Source: Selaginella moellendorffii
Lineage: Eukaryota; Plantae; Lycopodiophyta
Assembly (NCBI RefSeq): GCF_000143415.4
Contig: NW_003314292.1
Span: 999,498-1,063,497 of the forward strand
DNA: 64,000 nucleotides
Reading direction: 5' to 3'
This document shows, piece after piece, positions 11,686 through 24,697 of the stretch; within the stretch, counting starts at the first letter, position 1; each line of letters opens with the position of its first letter. The notes under the pieces were generated by a model. The model had not been told where the DNA came from and ran no database searches. It was given only the letters and a program-made list of their open reading frames with translations. The position numbers were made by a program, and so were the translations under genes.

Positions 11686-14541
11686 CAGTAGCGCTAGTAG
11701 TATAGTACGTGAGAGCAGAATCATTCCTTTATTCTCCATAGCCAGCGACACATCATCGTATCCAGTAGGGAAAATTTGAAAGGGAAGCTCTCATGGCGAT
11801 GGCGACGTCAAACTTACAGCATAGTTTCACAGCGCGAGATATCTTCTATCAGATTTGCGACTTGGCGAGAGCCAGCTCTTCATCGTTTCTTTCTATTCTC
11901 CTCTCAATCTCTCATCTCGCGAGAGATGAGAAGAAAAGATGTCTGTCGAGCCATAAATCTGTGCCAGCACCAAGAACAAAGAATCAGTCAGCGAGAAGCA
12001 ACACATTTAGTACTTAACTGTAAGAGCAGCAGCCAAATTCAAAGCTCTACTCCTCCACCGCCATGTCCTAGACAGCAACAAGTAGCAGCATTTCGACGAC
12101 GACAATTATCCCTTGCTCCAAGTTGCACAACACAGTTCGTCCTCCTAGTTTAGCTTCTGGTAATGTGTCGCTCGTCGGTCTCGAGAGCTAGAAAGAAAGA
12201 AAGATGGTTAGACGAATGGAGAGAAATCTTAGCATCTTGCGCCTACCTCAAGTCGGACCGGCCTAGCTCGAGCGAGGAGAAGACCTCGCTATCATAGCTC
12301 TGCGACTGCTACACTACTACTCGTCTTTCGTTCTTTCTTTCCTGCTCGCACTGTGGCCTCTGACTCCACAAAGTAGAGCGCTCCAATTGCTGCTGTGCGC
12401 TTTGTTTGCTGCCATGCAATGCAATGCATGCTCTTACGAGAGGAGTCGAGCTTTTAACCGGTGGCGTAAGCTCCATTGAGTAAGTGTCCAAGGAAGAGAG
12501 CTCGAGCCACCTACGGAAACGCAAAAGTTTGCTTAGCGAGCGAGAGAGAATAAACAACGAGGAAAAGGAGAGCGCTCTTCTTTACCTCGAGATAACACTG
12601 GAGGAGACGAAGGCGGAGGTGTTGTACTAGTCGTGGTAGTCGATTCGAAAGACAGGATATGATTGAAGGTCGTGATGCGTGCACGTAGCTATATTCTTTT
12701 GCTGCCGGTACGTTCTTCTCGCTCTTTTCCCCGCTCGCCATTCATATTTATTCAGAGAGTCGCGTGTGCCTTTGGAGGAGACCTCTTCTCTTCACTTCCT
12801 GTTTAGAACCCCACCACCGATGCAAAGCCCCCGTGTGTAGAGCTAGAAAAGTGAGAAAAGCAAAAAAGTGCTCCTCGCCCTGTAAGTAGCTGCCTGGCTC
12901 TACACTAATTCTCATGCTTGCTTGCCTGCCTGCCTGCCTGCCTCTTGTTGGAGTGTGGAGATGAGCCGAGTAGCTAGCTCGTAACTCAACTTAGTATTAA
13001 CTGGTGTTCTCGATTGCTTGCTTCGTCTTGTTCTCTGTGGAGATGAAGAGTCCAACGAGCAAGTAAAGTAACGTAGCTTCGCAATCATGGCAACTGAGAG
13101 CTCTAACTTTCAATCCACCCCATTGCACTTGCACTGACACAAACCGAATAAACTCTCGTCCCCAAAAATCACCAGGCTTGCTTTTGTGCAACAAACAAAC
13201 TGGAACCATGGAGCACGCGAAAAGCATCCTGAATCATGTCGGCTTTAGACCCGGGTTTCGCAAGCAAAGAAAGTGCAACCTGAGCCACACTGTCTGGTCG
13301 TGTTGTATAGTTCTCTGAGCACTCCCCCAAAGTTTTTAGTTCTTCTCTCCTCCCCTTTTTATTACTTCCGCTGTTCTTCCTCCTTGTCTGTAAGTATAGT
13401 ATATTTTTCCTCGGCCTTGCCTTACCCTGCCTGCCAATCTGAGCTATCTACATAGGTGCCCCCCAAGATCTCTTGAGTAAATCCAAGCTCCCGGAAGTCA
13501 AGGACCGCAGACGACCGTTGACGAACTCCTGGACTTAAAAAACCTGTGAAGAGTTTCCACTGTTGGTGCACGTGACGTGAACACGTATCGTAACTTGAGC
13601 CACTTTGTTCCGTAAGCTAAGAGCTACTTAGCGTGCCTGCCTGCCGACAGAAGTCCAAGTAGCTAAAAGCCATTTGGTCGCTTCTCATCCCCTTCTCTTT
13701 AGATCACTTAAAAGAATCCCGAAAAACTGGCCCTGCTTGATCCTTGAGCTCTTCCACCCAGCAGACTTTCCTGTGTAGCTTAAGCAGTAGCCTGCCCTGC
13801 TCGAACGGAAAACGGACGTGCGAGAAAAAAAATCCCCCCTCCCGGAACCCCTGCTGTGGCCGTAGTAAGTTGCAAAGTACGTCCAAGACCTGTCCATATT
13901 GTCCTCACCTGACTTTCAACACCGCAGCTAGCTAAGCTTTCATCCATCATGGCTACTGCCTGCCCTTTTGTGGCTCCTCTCATTTCTGCAGGTAAAACTT
14001 AAAAATCAGCCGCATAGCCACGAATCATCACCTCACTTGCCTTCTCTCGCATCGCTCTGAATCCGTCCGTTCCCCCCAGCCCCACTCTCTCTCTCTAGTA
14101 TAAACTCATCAGCACCACGCTGCCATTAAGAAAATCAGTCAGAGACGCCAAGCAAAAGCGACCACCACACACACACTATACCTCCACTGACGAACTGCAT
14201 TTTGGCCATCCCCGCGCTCTTCTCATGATCACTCACTTCGCTATCGCCGCTTCCAGCATAACTCTGACCATTTCCATCGATGGCCAAGATCTTCCTCTCC
14301 CACTTGCTGCTTCCTGCAAAGCCAGTATGACGACGAATCAGACCGCCTTTCTGTGCGAAGAAAAAAGAAAAGCAAGTTCTTTCGATCTTACTTACGACTG
14401 AAAGTGCTTTGCTAGTTCTCCTTGATCGGCCCGACTGTAACGCGGAACGCCTGAGCAAGAGTTGCGTAACATACTGAAACATCACGATTGGTAAAACAAG
14501 AAACTGGAGCGCTTTTGAGTACCTGGATCCAGCACAGCGTA

Positions 14542-17500
14542 CTATATCTTCGCCATAGTAACCGCAGCTGCAATCCAAACGTGGATCGCGATCCAGTATA
14601 CAATAAGTGACAACCGGGCAACAGGCTGCCTCATAAGAAGTCTGCCAGCCGAAATACTGCCAGGAAAGCGGAAAGCTCAGCAAAAAAATATTAGACAATT
14701 TGTTCCATACCTTAATTCATCAACCCGGTCACCAATGTGATGGCTAGCTTTGGGAAGGAACCGTATCATTCCAAGAGACTTAAAGGCGTTTCCTAAATGC
14801 CTTTAGATGTTAGAAAAATATGATATGAGGACTTTTCAAAGCTTCGTTACCTTTCTCCTCAATTTCCATAGTCTGTCCGGCATCCATATCTATAGCAACT
14901 TGGTCTCCAACGACCATTTTCTTCTGTGCTCGTATATGTGGAGCACTCGGTACAGTCATATGCTTTGGTTGTTCCTGCAAACAATAATCAATATCCAGCT
15001 TACAAATTTCAACTGCGACAGAGTACGTACCAGCTCCTCGATCTCGCTCACGGAAGGTACCGGCAAAAACTTGTCTTTCAATTTTTGCAACTCCGAATCC
15101 TTTGTCTTGGTGCTAAGTTGAAGGTTCTCGTTTTCATGCAGTAACCGTTGAACTTGAGCATCTAGCAAATCAACAATTGCTTTCGGTTCGGATAGTAGCT
15201 GCTCCCCTCGTTGTCCAACAGCGGCCTTTGCAGTCAAAGCTTTCAGACTTCTTTCCAACTGCATCGAGTTTTCAGTTCTCTGCTTCAAGTCGTTTTGAAG
15301 AATTTCGACTTTCTGATTAAGAGCAGCATGTTCAGCTTGGCGGCTGTCCAGATTCATCTGAAGTCTTTCAATCTCAGCAAGCATCGCTTCGCACTGCTGT
15401 TGCAGTTCCTTGAACTTGTTCACAGTAAATGTGAGCTTTCCAACAGCCTTGTTGCGTGACGTTTCCATGTTGTCCATTGCCAAGTGATTCTGCTCTATCA
15501 GAGTCTCGAGTTCTTCAACTCGGTCTGTAAGTTCTTCGAGCTGCTTGAATTTCAAGTCACTCTCACGCCGCAGCGACTCGATTTCTGGGAACAAAAACAG
15601 TCACTAACAAGCACGAGAGCTATCTGAAATACTAAAAAGTACCTCGATCTTTGGAGGATATTTGCAGCTGATATGAAAGCAAATCCTGCTCATTTGTCTC
15701 TAAAGCTTCTGTCGTTTCCTTCCTCCGAGATGCGATTTCCGTTAGAATTTCATGTAAAAGCTGCTTAATGATGGACGCGCTCTCAAGAATAACAGCAAGC
15801 TCAATATCTTGAGCACCTTTCATGAGCTCGAAGCCTGTCTTGAACTTTTCTGACGTGTTCATTGAAGCTGGTTTAAAAAGACGAACCTGCAAAAGAATCA
15901 AGAAAATAACCACATAAAGCAATTACACGACTTAGCTCGTACCTTGTCTTCGTGATCATCCCAGCTTGATGGTTTCTTTGAAAACACCTTGGTATCCTTG
16001 TCAAGCCAAAGGAGCTGCTGAAGTGATGCTAACAACATATCCACATCTGTCAAAGTCGCCAACTTCTTCTCAAAAATTTCCGATTGAAGAGAAAGGATTC
16101 TTGTAAGATCTTCCGTTGCAGAAGACAGCTCTTTCTGAAGCCTGTTGTTTTTCTCTTCCATGGTGACCAAAGAGGCTGTTAAACGAGTTTCACTCGCCTC
16201 GAACTCTTTTAGTCTTGCGGCTTCCCGTTCCAGCTCCAGCCATGCGTGTCTCTTAGACTCCTCCAGCAGCTGTTTCTCTTCAAGTGTTTCGGCACATTTT
16301 CGTCTCAGAACGTTTAACTCCGCAGCCAACTTCTTCTCTCTGCCACACGATTCTTGAAGTAAAGTCTTGCAGGAATTTATTTCCTCTTCCTTCGAGCATG
16401 CTTCAATCTCCATCCCTAGAATAGTAGCTTTCAAGGCTTCCTGCTTTTCAACCGAGGACTTCTGGATGCTCTCCACTTGCGAGAGCTTTTCTTTCACAGA
16501 CGTTTCCAAAGCACTAAGCTGCTTGTTCGAACGTTCAAGTTCTTCCGACTTCTGAGCTAGCAGCTGCTTTAAGTCATCCCGCTGCTGAGCCACGCCTTTC
16601 CCTTTCTTAACCGCGAGGCCCAGCTTTTCTCTCACTGTTGCCAGTCTTTGCTCTGATTCCGCCATCCCTCGCTGGAAACGATCCATTGCAGAATCCAGCT
16701 CCTCTTTTACCTGCTTCACTTCGAGAGCTACGTGGTTCTTTTGGTCTTGTAAGTTCTTCATCTCCTCTGTTCTGCTCGAAAGCTTAGCTTGCAGCTCCAA
16801 CTTCGAGTCCTCCAAAAGTTTTTGCTGCAGTAGAAGTTCCTCATTCGTCTTAACGCTGGCAGCAAGCGTAGTAATGAGAGTGCTGACGCAGTGATCGAGT
16901 TCCGTAAATTCCTCACTTTCTGCAGTAGTGCTCGTGGCCATCTCGTCCAACAAAACGCTTGACAGCCTCACCCGCAAGCCATGCAGCTTCGCTTCAAATT
17001 CGCCAACCTTCATTTCCATCGACTGCCGGTCCGTTTTTTCTTGAGAAAGGATTCTCTCGAGCTTGCTGCATTCTGATCTTGACGTTTCCAAAGTTTGAAG
17101 TGCATCATCCTTCTCTAACGTTAGGCTTTTCAGCTCTTCCTTCAGGAGCGCAATCTTCTCTTTCGATTTCATCAGCTCTGTCTCTGCACCCGATGCGCGT
17201 TCTCGAGTCTGCAAGAACTCGCCAGCGAACAAGTTCACCTTTACGGCAGTGTTAAGTTTTTCGAAGTCCGCCGGGACGATCCAAGTGGTGGAAATGATGT
17301 CCCCTATTTTCTGTATGCAAGCGTTCTTTTCCTCGCAAGACGTTATGAGCAACTTTTGCTGCTTTTCGCAATCAGCTAGCTGCTGCTTGCATGCCGAACA
17401 AGAAACTTCCAGATCAGCCACTGTCTGCTTCAACGCGTCGCGTTCCTCAGTATGCCGCTTAGCGCTGCTTGCAGCAATCTGTGCGTCCTTTTCCGCCCTA

Positions 17501-20500
17501 AGAGCCACTTCTTTGGACTTCTCTAGCTGGAACTGGAGGTGCTCTCGAACTAAGTTCGCGGCAGCAAGATCCTCCCGCATGACCCGTACTGTCTCAAGTA
17601 TCTCCGCCTCTTGTTTGGCCATCGACTGAGCGGCGAAGTCTCGCTCCAGTTTCACAGAAGTAAGTGTCTCGTCAAGATTGGCGACTCGCCGTCTCAATTC
17701 ACCACATTCTTTCGAAAGCTCGTCAAACTTATTCTTAGCTTCTTCCTGGGACGTTTCTAGTTGGAGTCGCAGCTGTTCACCAAGTAGATTGGCTTGAGAA
17801 AGCTCGTCCAATAGACTCTGTTCTCGTTCCAGCAAACGAGTGACTTCCGCTTTAGTCTGATTTGCTGTCACCACGTCCGACTGCTGTTCGAGTCGCAAAG
17901 AAGTAAGTTCTTCGTTGAGATCGATTTGCTGTGAGCGGAGCCTTTGTAGCTCCTCTTCACTCTTCTCAACCATGTCGATCAGTGCAAGAACACAAGTCTC
18001 CACGGAGGTGTTTTCGCCAGAGTCTTCAATCACATTCGTCACCAATCTTTTCACGTTCTCGGTCTGATCCGCAAGCTTCTTCTCCAACAAGCCAAAATCT
18101 GACTGTAGCTTCAAGTTGCCCTCGTCTAATCGTTCGGCATACGTCTCATGCAAAGAAGACAACTCCTCTAGCACGCGGACGAACTTTTCCTCGTGAGAAG
18201 TCACCCGACTATCCAAAGTGCATAAAGTGTCCAGGTAGCCGTCCTCAAGCCGTCCAAGCCTTCCAAATGCTATGTGAAGTCTAGACTCCAAGACGTCCTT
18301 GCCAAGAGCTTCCTTCTCACTGGACTTGTCAAGTTGTTGTTCCAGACTCCGCATCTGCTCTTGAAGAAACCTGCTTCTGTTTTCGTATGAAGATTTTAAA
18401 CCTGAGTTTTCGTCTTGCAGGTCCTCCACACGTTTCCTCAGGTCTTCTATCATGTCAGACTTGGCCGTAAGTTCTTTACTTGAAGACTTCTCAAGCGCCA
18501 GGAGCTGATCTTTCAAAGCTTCCAGTTCTACCTTCATCTCCTTCTGTGATTCTTCCAACGTAACGCGCGTAGTCCAAAGTTCAGCTTCACCAACCTTGAG
18601 ATTTTGCAGAGATGTAAGCTGATCCAAGAGACGAGAATTCTCCGCAGCTAGCGCATCAACCTTTCCCCGAATAATTTTTTCCTGCTCCTCCGTGCTCTCA
18701 ACACGTTGTTTTTCCTGTTGTAGCTGATTTTCCAACGATTCAAGCTTGGCTACGAGATCTTCTTCCCTCTTTTTAGCATCCTCCAGCTGCTGTTTTAACT
18801 CCTGCGATAGAGATGTAAGCTGATATACAAGACGAGAATTCTCCGCTGCTAGCGCATCTCCCTTTTCCCGACTAAGTTTTTCCTGCTCCTCCGTGCTCTC
18901 AACACGTTGTTTTTCCTGTTGTAGCTGATTTTCCAACGATTCAAGCTTGGCTACGAGATCTTCTTCCCTCTTTTTAGCATCCTCCAGCTGCTGTTTTAAC
19001 TCCTGCGATAGAGATGTAAGCTGATATACAAGACGAGAATTCTCCGCTGCTAGCGCATCTCCCTTTTCCCGACTAAGTTTTTCCTGCTCCTCCGTGCTCT
19101 CAACACGTTGTTTTTCCTGTCGCAGCTGATTTTCCAACGATTCAAGCTTGGCTACGAGATCGTCTTCCCTCTTTTTAGCATCCCCCAGCTGTTGTTTTAA
19201 CTCCTGCGATAGAGATGTAAGCTGATCTACAAGACGAGAATTCTCCGCTGCTAGCACATCTCCCTTTTCCCGACTAAGTTTTTCCTGCTCCTCCGTGTTC
19301 TCAAAACGTTGTTTTTCCTGTCGCAGCTGATTTTCCAACGATTCAAGCTTGGCTACGACATCTTCTTCCCTCTTTCTAACATTCTCCAGCTGCTGCTTCA
19401 AATCCTGGCAGTCTGCTACCATTTCCATCTGACGAGCTCTTGCTTCCTTGTCCAGTACCGTCAGTTGATCCAATAAACGAGCTTTATCATCTCCTAGTCG
19501 ACCGATCTCCTTGTCACGTTGGTCGAGCTTCGTTTCATTGTCTATCTTCAGTTGATCGAGCTGAGCTTTAACGGATTGAAGCTCATGAAGGCTTTCTCCT
19601 TCCCGTTTCTCGGCATCGTTTAGCTCCTGCCTCAGATGCTGGATGCTGGCTTCCAGATCTTGCATCTCAAATCGACAACCATCGAGCTCGTCAACTTTTT
19701 GAGACAGTGCTGCAAGCTCCGCCGACAGAGAATCTCTTTCCCCTGTTACCCTGAGAACCTCCTGTTCATGACTACGAAGTCTCACCATGTCCTCCTCAAT
19801 GGCCAGATTTTTAGCTGCGATCACCTCTCTGTGCTCCTCACGTTCACTAGCCACCTGCGTTTTCAATCTCGCAAGTTCTTCCGCAGAAGCAGACAGGCTT
19901 GATTCTACCACGCCTTTCTCCCCTTCTAGCTCTTCCACTCGAACTCTTAAGTCCTGTAGTTCCCTCTCCTTCTCTTTTGTCCCCGCTTTGATCATCCTGA
20001 CGTTGTCCAAGACGCTGTCCGACAGCGAACTAGTCTGAACTTCTTCTATGTCGGCTGCCTCGCTTCCTAGGAGAGAGATTAGCCGCTCGAACTCAGCGAC
20101 AGTTCTCTGCATAGCTTCTTCAGCTTCCTGACGTGACGATGCAAGAGCTGAATCCAGGCCCGTTTTTTCCGAGACACAGCTCTCGAGCTGCACCGCCATT
20201 GCATGTAGCTTCTGCTCTTCATCCAAAAGAACCGACCGAAGCCGCGTGTCCAGTTCCTCAACTTTCAGCGAGAGACTGTCTCGTTCGGCAAGAACCTGTT
20301 CCTTTTCCTGCTTTGCAACCCGTATATCTTCGTGCAGCTTTTCCAACATCTCATGCGATCTGCCGTGTTCCAATACATCCTACCACATAAACCGTGTTGG
20401 AAATGGCCGAAAAACAAAAGTCCTGAGCTACCTGACTTTGTAAATCCATGGAGGTAGAATCCTTTTGTACAGGCTCCAATCGATCCTGTCATCACTTTCT

Positions 20501-20901
20501 CAGTAAGAATCACATACGCAAGAGGAACAAAGAGAAAGTCTACCAGATTTTGTGAGTCGATAATGTTGGGTTCTTCGTTCTCGTTCTGCGAAAAAATAAA
20601 CGATCACACATGAAACATGCCTTGCCTTTCGATTAACTCTACCTGGACAGTGCCGCTCTCATCCTTGATCGCCGATCCAGACTCCTCGCCAGTAGCGGCA
20701 ACAGCAGCGTCCGCATTCTTCGATTCCACTCGCTGCTGCTGTCGCTTCAATCGAAATTCCTCCAGCTAGAACAAAACACTGACAAATCAAGAGCTGGATT
20801 TCAGAGAAATCCAATGCGAGGGATCGACCGATCGCCGATCTGAAACATACCCGCTTCTTCCCGGCCGCGCGCAAGCTGTCCTTGCTCCTCGACGCGTCCA
20901 T
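14542..20901 (-). CDS. Large tail-anchored coiled-coil protein, TNO1/At4g31570-like (golgin-like)
   Basis: N-terminus MDASRSKDSLRAAGKKR|LEEFRLKR and motif SEQRLATVREKLGLAVKKGKG..QRD. Spliced C-terminus GNAFKSL..GDRVDEL..PVARLSLIVYWIAIHVWIAAAV is a TM anchor. Stop at 14542. Confidence 0.8.
18605..19400 (-). repeat. In-frame 201-bp (67-aa) tandem repeat, about 4 copies
   Basis: GACGAGAATT recurs at 201-bp spacing (18831, 19032). Peptide unit ENSRLVYQLTSLSQELKQQLEDAKKREEDLVAKLESLENQ...KGDALAA. Confidence 0.95.
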
Positions 20902-21094
20902 CGCGAACCCTAAACCCACTAGAGAGCAATGGTCGCGAGTTCGATACACTTCCAGCGCTTTTATTAGCCTAGATAGCTAAAAGAGAGAGAACAGAGAAGA
21001 ATGGCGATCGGCCGTGGGAGGAGGAGGCTATGGCGGCGGCTGGAGCGGCGGCGCGCGGTCCATCTCGGCGGATTTTGAATGGCAGCAAGCTGGA

Positions 21095-22400
21095 ATGGAG
21101 AGCGCTCGATCGGTGAGTGTGATTTTCCACTCCAGCAATGTAGGGTTTGTGATTGGGCGTGATCGCGGCAGAATGTGGGCGTCCAGCATCGAGCATTCGT
21201 CCCGCAGAAGGATCAGAATTTTTCCCTCGGAGCTGCGACTGGGATTCCTGTTCTTCTCGGACGAGCGGCGCATTTCCCGAATATCGCGTACCGCTGCGTG
21301 CAGCCATCCGACTTGGAGATTTTGCAAGAGATCCACGAAGCTCTTTTTCCAATCAAGTAAGCAAGAGAAGCTCGTCCTCTTCTTCTTCCTTCTTCTCTTC
21401 TCTCATTTCTTCTTCTTGGTTTTAAGATCTCGAGTTCTTTTTTGCTGTGATCTTCCTAGATATGAACTGTTCCTCTCTTCTCTTAGCATTTCTTCTTACT
21501 CAATTGGTTTTATGCTCTAAAGTTCTCCTTTGTGGCTGTGATCTATGAAATAGAGTTTTCTTCTTCTTAGCATTTCTTCTTACTTGGTTTGAAGTTCTTA
21601 AGTTCTTCGTTTTTGCTGTGATCTTCCTAGATATGAACTGGAGTTTTTCATGAGCGTCGTTCATGGGAGAGGAGTTGTCGCTTGGGCTGCCGTCGACACT
21701 GGCCGATCAGATGGGCGCGGAGAACAGCTCGTCGGTTTTATCACTGCTCGAATGATCAAAGCATCAGAGGCCGAAGTAAGTTCGTCCACACTCTCCATCT
21801 TTTCTCTCTTTTGATCTTTCTTCTTGTTCTAGTTCCAGGGGGAAGATATCCTCGGCTACGACGTCCTGAAAGCCGACCGTAACTTGCTCTACATCCTCAC
21901 TTTGGGAGTCGTCAAGCCATACCGCAACTTTGGAATTGGTATGGATGATCTCTGGCTGTTCTTCACTTTCTTTTCTTTTTGATACAGCTTCCGCGTTGGT
22001 GTGGCAAGTTATCGAGTACGCACGCCGCATCTCCTCTTGCCGAGCAGTCTACTTGCACGTCATCGCCTACAACCGAGCAGCCATCAACTTCTACCAGAAG
22101 AACACCTTCCGGTGCCTGCGTCGCCTCTCCAAGTTCTACCACATCAATGGCCACCACTACGACGCTTACTTGTACATATACTACGTCAACGGCGGGAGGC
22201 CGCCTTGCTCGGCACTGTATCCTTTTTTTTGTTCTCCTCGCTTTCTCAGCGGGTTTGCTCGTCCTTGACTCACTCCACTCTCGATTCTCAGCGATTTTGC
22301 AGCGGCAGCAGGGAGTTTTTTGAAGAACGCGTGCTCGTCACTGCTCGCGATGCTCTACAGGCTGAGAAATGAGAATAGATCGAAGCTCATGGGACCATGA
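21095..22400 (+). CDS. GNAT N-acetyltransferase, NAA60/MCC1-like
   Basis: IHEALFPIK|YELEFF, YILTLGVVKPYRNFGI, VYLHVIAYNRAAINFY and YYVNGGRPPCSAL|D with an amphipathic C-terminus. Start inferred from a phase-0 intron at 21113-21171. Confidence 0.88.
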
Positions 22401-22709
22401 CGAAGAAACGAGAGAAACTCTTTCCCAGGGACAAAATTACTGTTAAGACTTAACTGTTGCCTTTAAGTGTGAACGAAGAACCCTAAATTTTGGTCACGGG
22501 CTCTTCGTCTTCGTCCGGGAGTGGCGAGGCGGGCGGGCGGGCGATTCACGAAAAGAATCCGCTATCGTCGAATGTGGGTCTCCAGTTCCAGGTATCCTCT
22601 TCGCATTCGTTGATTGATCCGTTCGTTCAAGCCAAAAGAAATGCCCAGAAGGAGACGCGCTGGCCGCGCTCTAGGGCCGCGGATTTGAGCTGAATGGTGT
22701 GGATGCGCC

Positions 22710-24581
22710 ATGATCTTCCTCAAGATGTTCAACCTTTTTGTCTCGCGGAAGCTTCTCAAGCGCAAAGACAGTCACGGTTCTCTCTTTTCTCCTTTTTCTT
22801 CTCTTTGGTTGGTTCCTTGTTCTTTAGGCAAGATGTTCTAAGCGTTTTCTTCCTTTTTTCTTGTGTTTCTTCTCATGAATTTTCTCTCATGATTTTCTCT
22901 TCTCTCTTTTTGCCTTTACTTTTTTGGATCCTTGTTCTTACCCAAGCGTTTTCTTCTTGGTTTCTTTGCGTTTTCTTGCAAATCTTCTTCGTTTCACTGA
23001 GTGATGTGAATTCTCTCTTTTGATTTTCTCAAGTTTTTCTTCTCTCTTTTTTTTGGTTCCTTGGGAAAGATGTTCTAAGCCTTTTCTTCCTTCTTTCTTG
23101 GCTTCTTTGTGTTTCTCAAAGCTGATGTGAATTCTCTCTTTTGGTTTTTCCAGCTTCGCCAGCTTCTTTGGTGGATGATCTACGCGCATCGCTGCTGAGC
23201 GATCTTCGCACGTCCGATGGTGCCAAGAGACAACAGCAGCGTTTCTGCGGCCCCAGTGCCGCTCTAACTTTCAACTTCCTCGTCGCGGTGGCCATCATAT
23301 TGATGAACAAATCGGTTGAGTAGAGCTCGTTCTCTTTTTCTTTCCTTCGTCTACTTATCCAGAGTTCTACTCTCAGGTTCTTGGCAGAGTTGGATTTAAC
23401 TTTCCCATAGCGCTCACATTCTTGCACTACTCCGTAAGCTGGATTTTCATGTGTATATTGAATGCCTGCTCGCTTCTCCCGGCCGCTCCTCCGCTCAAAG
23501 CAACGCCAATCTCGTCACTCTTTGGTCTCGGTATTGTCATGGCGTTTTCCAACGGACTCGCGAACGTCAGTCTGAAATACAACAGGTATCACGTTTCTTC
23601 TTCTTTGTTTCTTTGCTTCTTAGTTTCTAACTTCACGTTTTCTCTCGATGATATCGCAGTGTAGGATTCTACCAAATGGCCAAGATCGCAGTCACACCTA
23701 CGATTGTATTGTCCGAATTCATGCTCTTCGCAAAGAGAGTTTCCATCCAAAAGGTGACTGATTTGAGCAACTTTGGTGTGTTTCTTACATGTTTTTCTTT
23801 TCAGGTGCTAGCGTTAGCTGTTGTTTCCGTGGGAGTGGCCATTGCCACCGTGACAGACTTACAGTTCCATTTGTTCGGAGCTCTGGTAGCAGTAGCGTGG
23901 ATCATCCCCAGCGCGATCAACAAGATCCTCTGGTCGAATCTACAACAGCAAGAAGGCTGGACGGCGCTTGCGTAAGCTGCTGCCTCCTTTTCACCCCCTC
24001 TCCGGCGCTGATATTGGTAGTCCATTCTAATACACGATTGAACGTACCATCTCTTTCAAGCTGGAGACTAAAACTCTCTCTTTTTCCAGGCTTATGTGGA
24101 GAACCACTCCGATAACTCTCCTCACGCTTCTCATCCTCATGCCGTGGCTCGATCCACCGGGATTTTTTTCGTTCCAATGGAGTTTCTTTAGCACAGCCGC
24201 GGTGTTATCGTCCGCTGTTCTTGGATTTCTTCTTCAGTGGTCTGGAGCTCTAGCACTCGGGTATGATCTTCTTTTCTTTCTTCTCCAGCCCAGGAAAAAA
24301 ACGTGAAATCTTTCTTTCCTCGTGAAAACAGTGCCACTTCCGCGACGACTCATGTGGTTCTCGGACAGTTTAAGACGTGCGTTATACTTCTCGGCGGTTA
24401 CGTTTTCTTCCACTCCAATCCAGGATCCAAGAGCCTCTCCGGCGCGACCATGGCTTTGAGTGGCATGGCCTTCTACACTTTCCTCAACTTAAAGCCCGAG
24501 GGAAGCGATTCGAGCAAAGCATCATCCACAAAGAAGCTAAGCCGAGCAGCAGTCGCTCACGAGAGCCAAGAATCCGTCTAG
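22710..24581 (+). CDS. Nucleotide-sugar/TPT-family transporter (At5g55950-like)
   Basis: LKRKDSH, DGAKRQQQRFCGP, GRVGFNFPIALT, NVSLKYNSVGFYQMAKIAVTP and TSATTHVVLGQFKTCVILLGG. Multiple TM helices across short introns. Confidence 0.9.
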
Positions 24582-24697
24582 CAGCGCAGCAAAGCTCCTC
24601 CCAGAGAAAAGAGAAGTGTACATAACTAGAGAGAAGAACACGAGTTTGAAGCTCTGCAAAGTTTGTAAGCTTTATTTGACGAGTGAGAAGAACGAAC

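Noticed and set aside
12890-12912. TGCCTGGCTC resembling the start of miR160 (also TCGGACC near 12253 resembling miR166)
   Set aside because: Only 7-10 nt match and no complementary hairpin arm was found.
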